Positions 5,174 to 6,053 of a DNA stretch of 6,053 nt are shown piece by piece. The position numbers were made by a program, and so were the translations under genes. How positions within the stretch are numbered: position 1 is the stretch's first letter; every line of letters starts with the position of its first letter. Source of the stretch: Candidatus Iainarchaeum sp. (GTDB lineage: Archaea > Iainarchaeota > Iainarchaeia > Iainarchaeales > CSSED10-239); assembly GCA_003559395.1 (NCBI GenBank), contig PWLL01000015.1, positions 1 to 6,053 on the forward strand. Reading direction: 5' to 3'. The notes beneath the pieces are model-generated. The model did no database searches. It was not told where the DNA came from and saw only the letters and a program-made list of their open reading frames with translations.

Positions 5174-5887
5174 TTACAAAAATTTAGAATATTTTTCTAA
5201 AGAAACCCTACATTCTTGTTTATTTTCATTAATATCAATAATTTCTAGACTTTTTGGGTTTAGTTTTTGTTTTGTTTCTAAGTTTTGTGATAAAGTGTTG
5301 ATTGCTAGTTTTATGGCGTCGTCAAAACTTAAATTTGGTTTATAATTTTTTTCTAAATAACTCATTAACTTTTGTCTATTTTGTCCAATTGCAGCTGCTT
5401 GATATTCTGTTATTGCTCCACTTGGTTCTGTTTCAAAAATATGTTTTCCTAAAGAATCTATTCCTGCAATAATTAATGAAACACCAAAAGGTCTTGCACC
5501 ACCATATTGTGTAAAATATTGAACAATTGATGCTGTTCTTTTTACTAGTGTTTCTATTTCTATTGGGTCGTCATAATAAGACTTGTTTTCTTGTGAAATT
5601 TGTCTTGCAAAATCAACAAGTCTTCTTCCATCTCCTATTAGTCCAGAACATGCTGTCCAAACATGGTTATCTATCTTAAATACTTTTTCTACAGATTCTG
5701 GAAGAATCAAAGAAGAGTATATTTTTTTGTCTGCAGCAATAATAATTCCTTGTTTATAAATTATTGCAACAGCAGGGCTTCCTTTTTCTATAATTTTAGA
5801 AGCGTAGTCTACTTGGTATAAATGTCCTTCAGGACTAAAAACTGTTATTGATCTATCATATGCAGCTGCATTTCCAGAAATTGGCAT
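5174..5887 (-). CDS. psmA: Proteasome subunit alpha (237 aa from ATG at 5887; the ORF track starts 3 nt upstream at a TTG, 5890)
   Basis: AAAYDRSITVFSPEGHLYQVDYA is the alpha-subunit N-terminal signature, including the YDR gate motif. The rest shows the Ntn-hydrolase fold pattern (GSPAVAI..., ACSGLIGDGRRLVD..., ARPFGVSLIIAG). The codon at 5890-5888 is TTG and is followed directly by ATG. AGGTGA SD lies 9 nt upstream of the ATG and 6 nt upstream of the TTG. Confidence 0.93.
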   Translation of the reverse strand: MPISGNAAAYDRSITVFSPEGHLYQVDYASKIIEKGSPAVAIIYKQGIIIAADKKIYSSLILPESVEKVFKIDNHVWTACSGLIGDGRRLVDFARQISQENKSYYDDPIEIETLVKRTASIVQYFTQYGGARPFGVSLIIAGIDSLGKHIFETEPSGAITEYQAAAIGQNRQKLMSYLEKNYKPNLSFDDAIKLAINTLSQNLETKQKLNPKSLEIIDINENKQECRVSLEKYSKFL

Positions 5888-5896
5888 CAAAGTAAT

Positions 5897-5902
5897 TCAC
5901 CT
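5897..5902 (-). promoter_or_regulatory. Shine-Dalgarno site (AGGTGA) for psmA
   Basis: The minus strand reads AGGTGAATTACTTTGATG. Confidence 0.55.
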
Positions 5903-5930
5903 TTTTTTATTTTTTTTAAAATATATTTAT

Positions 5931-5938
5931 TATATAAA
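5931..5938 (-). promoter_or_regulatory. Candidate TATA box (TTTATATA on minus strand) of the superoperon/psmA promoter
   Basis: Exact match to the archaeal TATA consensus TTTAWATA. It lies ~29 nt upstream of the SD and ~44 nt upstream of the ATG, predicting a transcription start near 5905-5912. Several other TATA-like strings occur in this AT-rich spacer. Confidence 0.35.
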
Positions 5939-6053
5939 TATAATCAATCCTATATTAAAAGAAAGTTTTTTATAAATATTATTTATTTTTTCTCTTTTTA
6001 CACATATAATATATAGTATCTAAACTATTAAAAAAGGTTGTTTTTTGGAAAAA

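Noticed and set aside
5000-5345. Two plus-strand ORFs (5000-5200 and 5133-5345) spanning the psmA-SBDS spacer
   Set aside because: Both mostly overlap conserved minus-strand genes in antisense. Their products are low-complexity, and no SD precedes either start.
5979-6053. 24-codon minus-strand open frame running off the right edge (…FFQKTTFFNSLDTIYYMCKKRKNK*), possibly the 3' end of an upstream gene
   Set aside because: It is too short and compositionally unremarkable to distinguish from chance in AT-rich DNA. It stays unresolved rather than called, and flanking sequence is needed.
1-6053. Search for tRNA/rRNA/ncRNA genes, CRISPR repeats, defence or toxin-antitoxin modules, or a novel multi-gene system
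   Set aside because: There are no GC-rich structured islands, no spaced direct repeats, and no unexplained gap longer than about 90 nt apart from the 163-nt window-edge leader upstream of psmA (5891-6053), which I read as promoter region. Every sizeable minus-strand ORF in 898-5890 maps to a known housekeeping family in a known conserved order. Claiming a new system here would not be supported by the sequence.

Overview
AT-rich window (about 30% GC or lower by eye), almost fully coding. Positions 898-5890 on the minus strand carry a textbook archaeal exosome/proteasome superoperon. In transcription order: proteasome alpha (psmA), SBDS, Rrp4, Rrp41, Rrp42, ribosomal protein L37Ae (eL43), RNA polymerase subunit P (a 42-44 aa zinc ribbon below the ORF-track cutoff, found by hand translation), a Brix/Imp4-like protein, a Pcc1-like KEOPS subunit, and prefoldin beta. 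Genes are tightly packed, with 4- and 8-nt overlaps or 2-13 nt gaps. The one larger gap is an 89-nt spacer between psmA and SBDS. Most genes are preceded by a GGTGA-type Shine-Dalgarno motif. The left ~840 nt is coded on the plus strand. It holds the 3' end of a K/E-rich ORF that runs off the window edge, and a 137-aa lysine-rich orphan whose C-terminus resembles a Hin/resolvase-type 'GRP arm + helix-turn-helix' DNA-binding domain. The short proteins and low GC suggest a reduced-genome (DPANN-like) archaeon, but that is inference only. I found no tRNA, rRNA, CRISPR array, IS element or defence-type gene. I see no evidence for a novel multi-gene system: this is a conserved housekeeping locus. 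The points most worth follow-up are the orphan HTH protein, the unlisted RpoP ORF and the organisation of the psmA/SBDS spacer.
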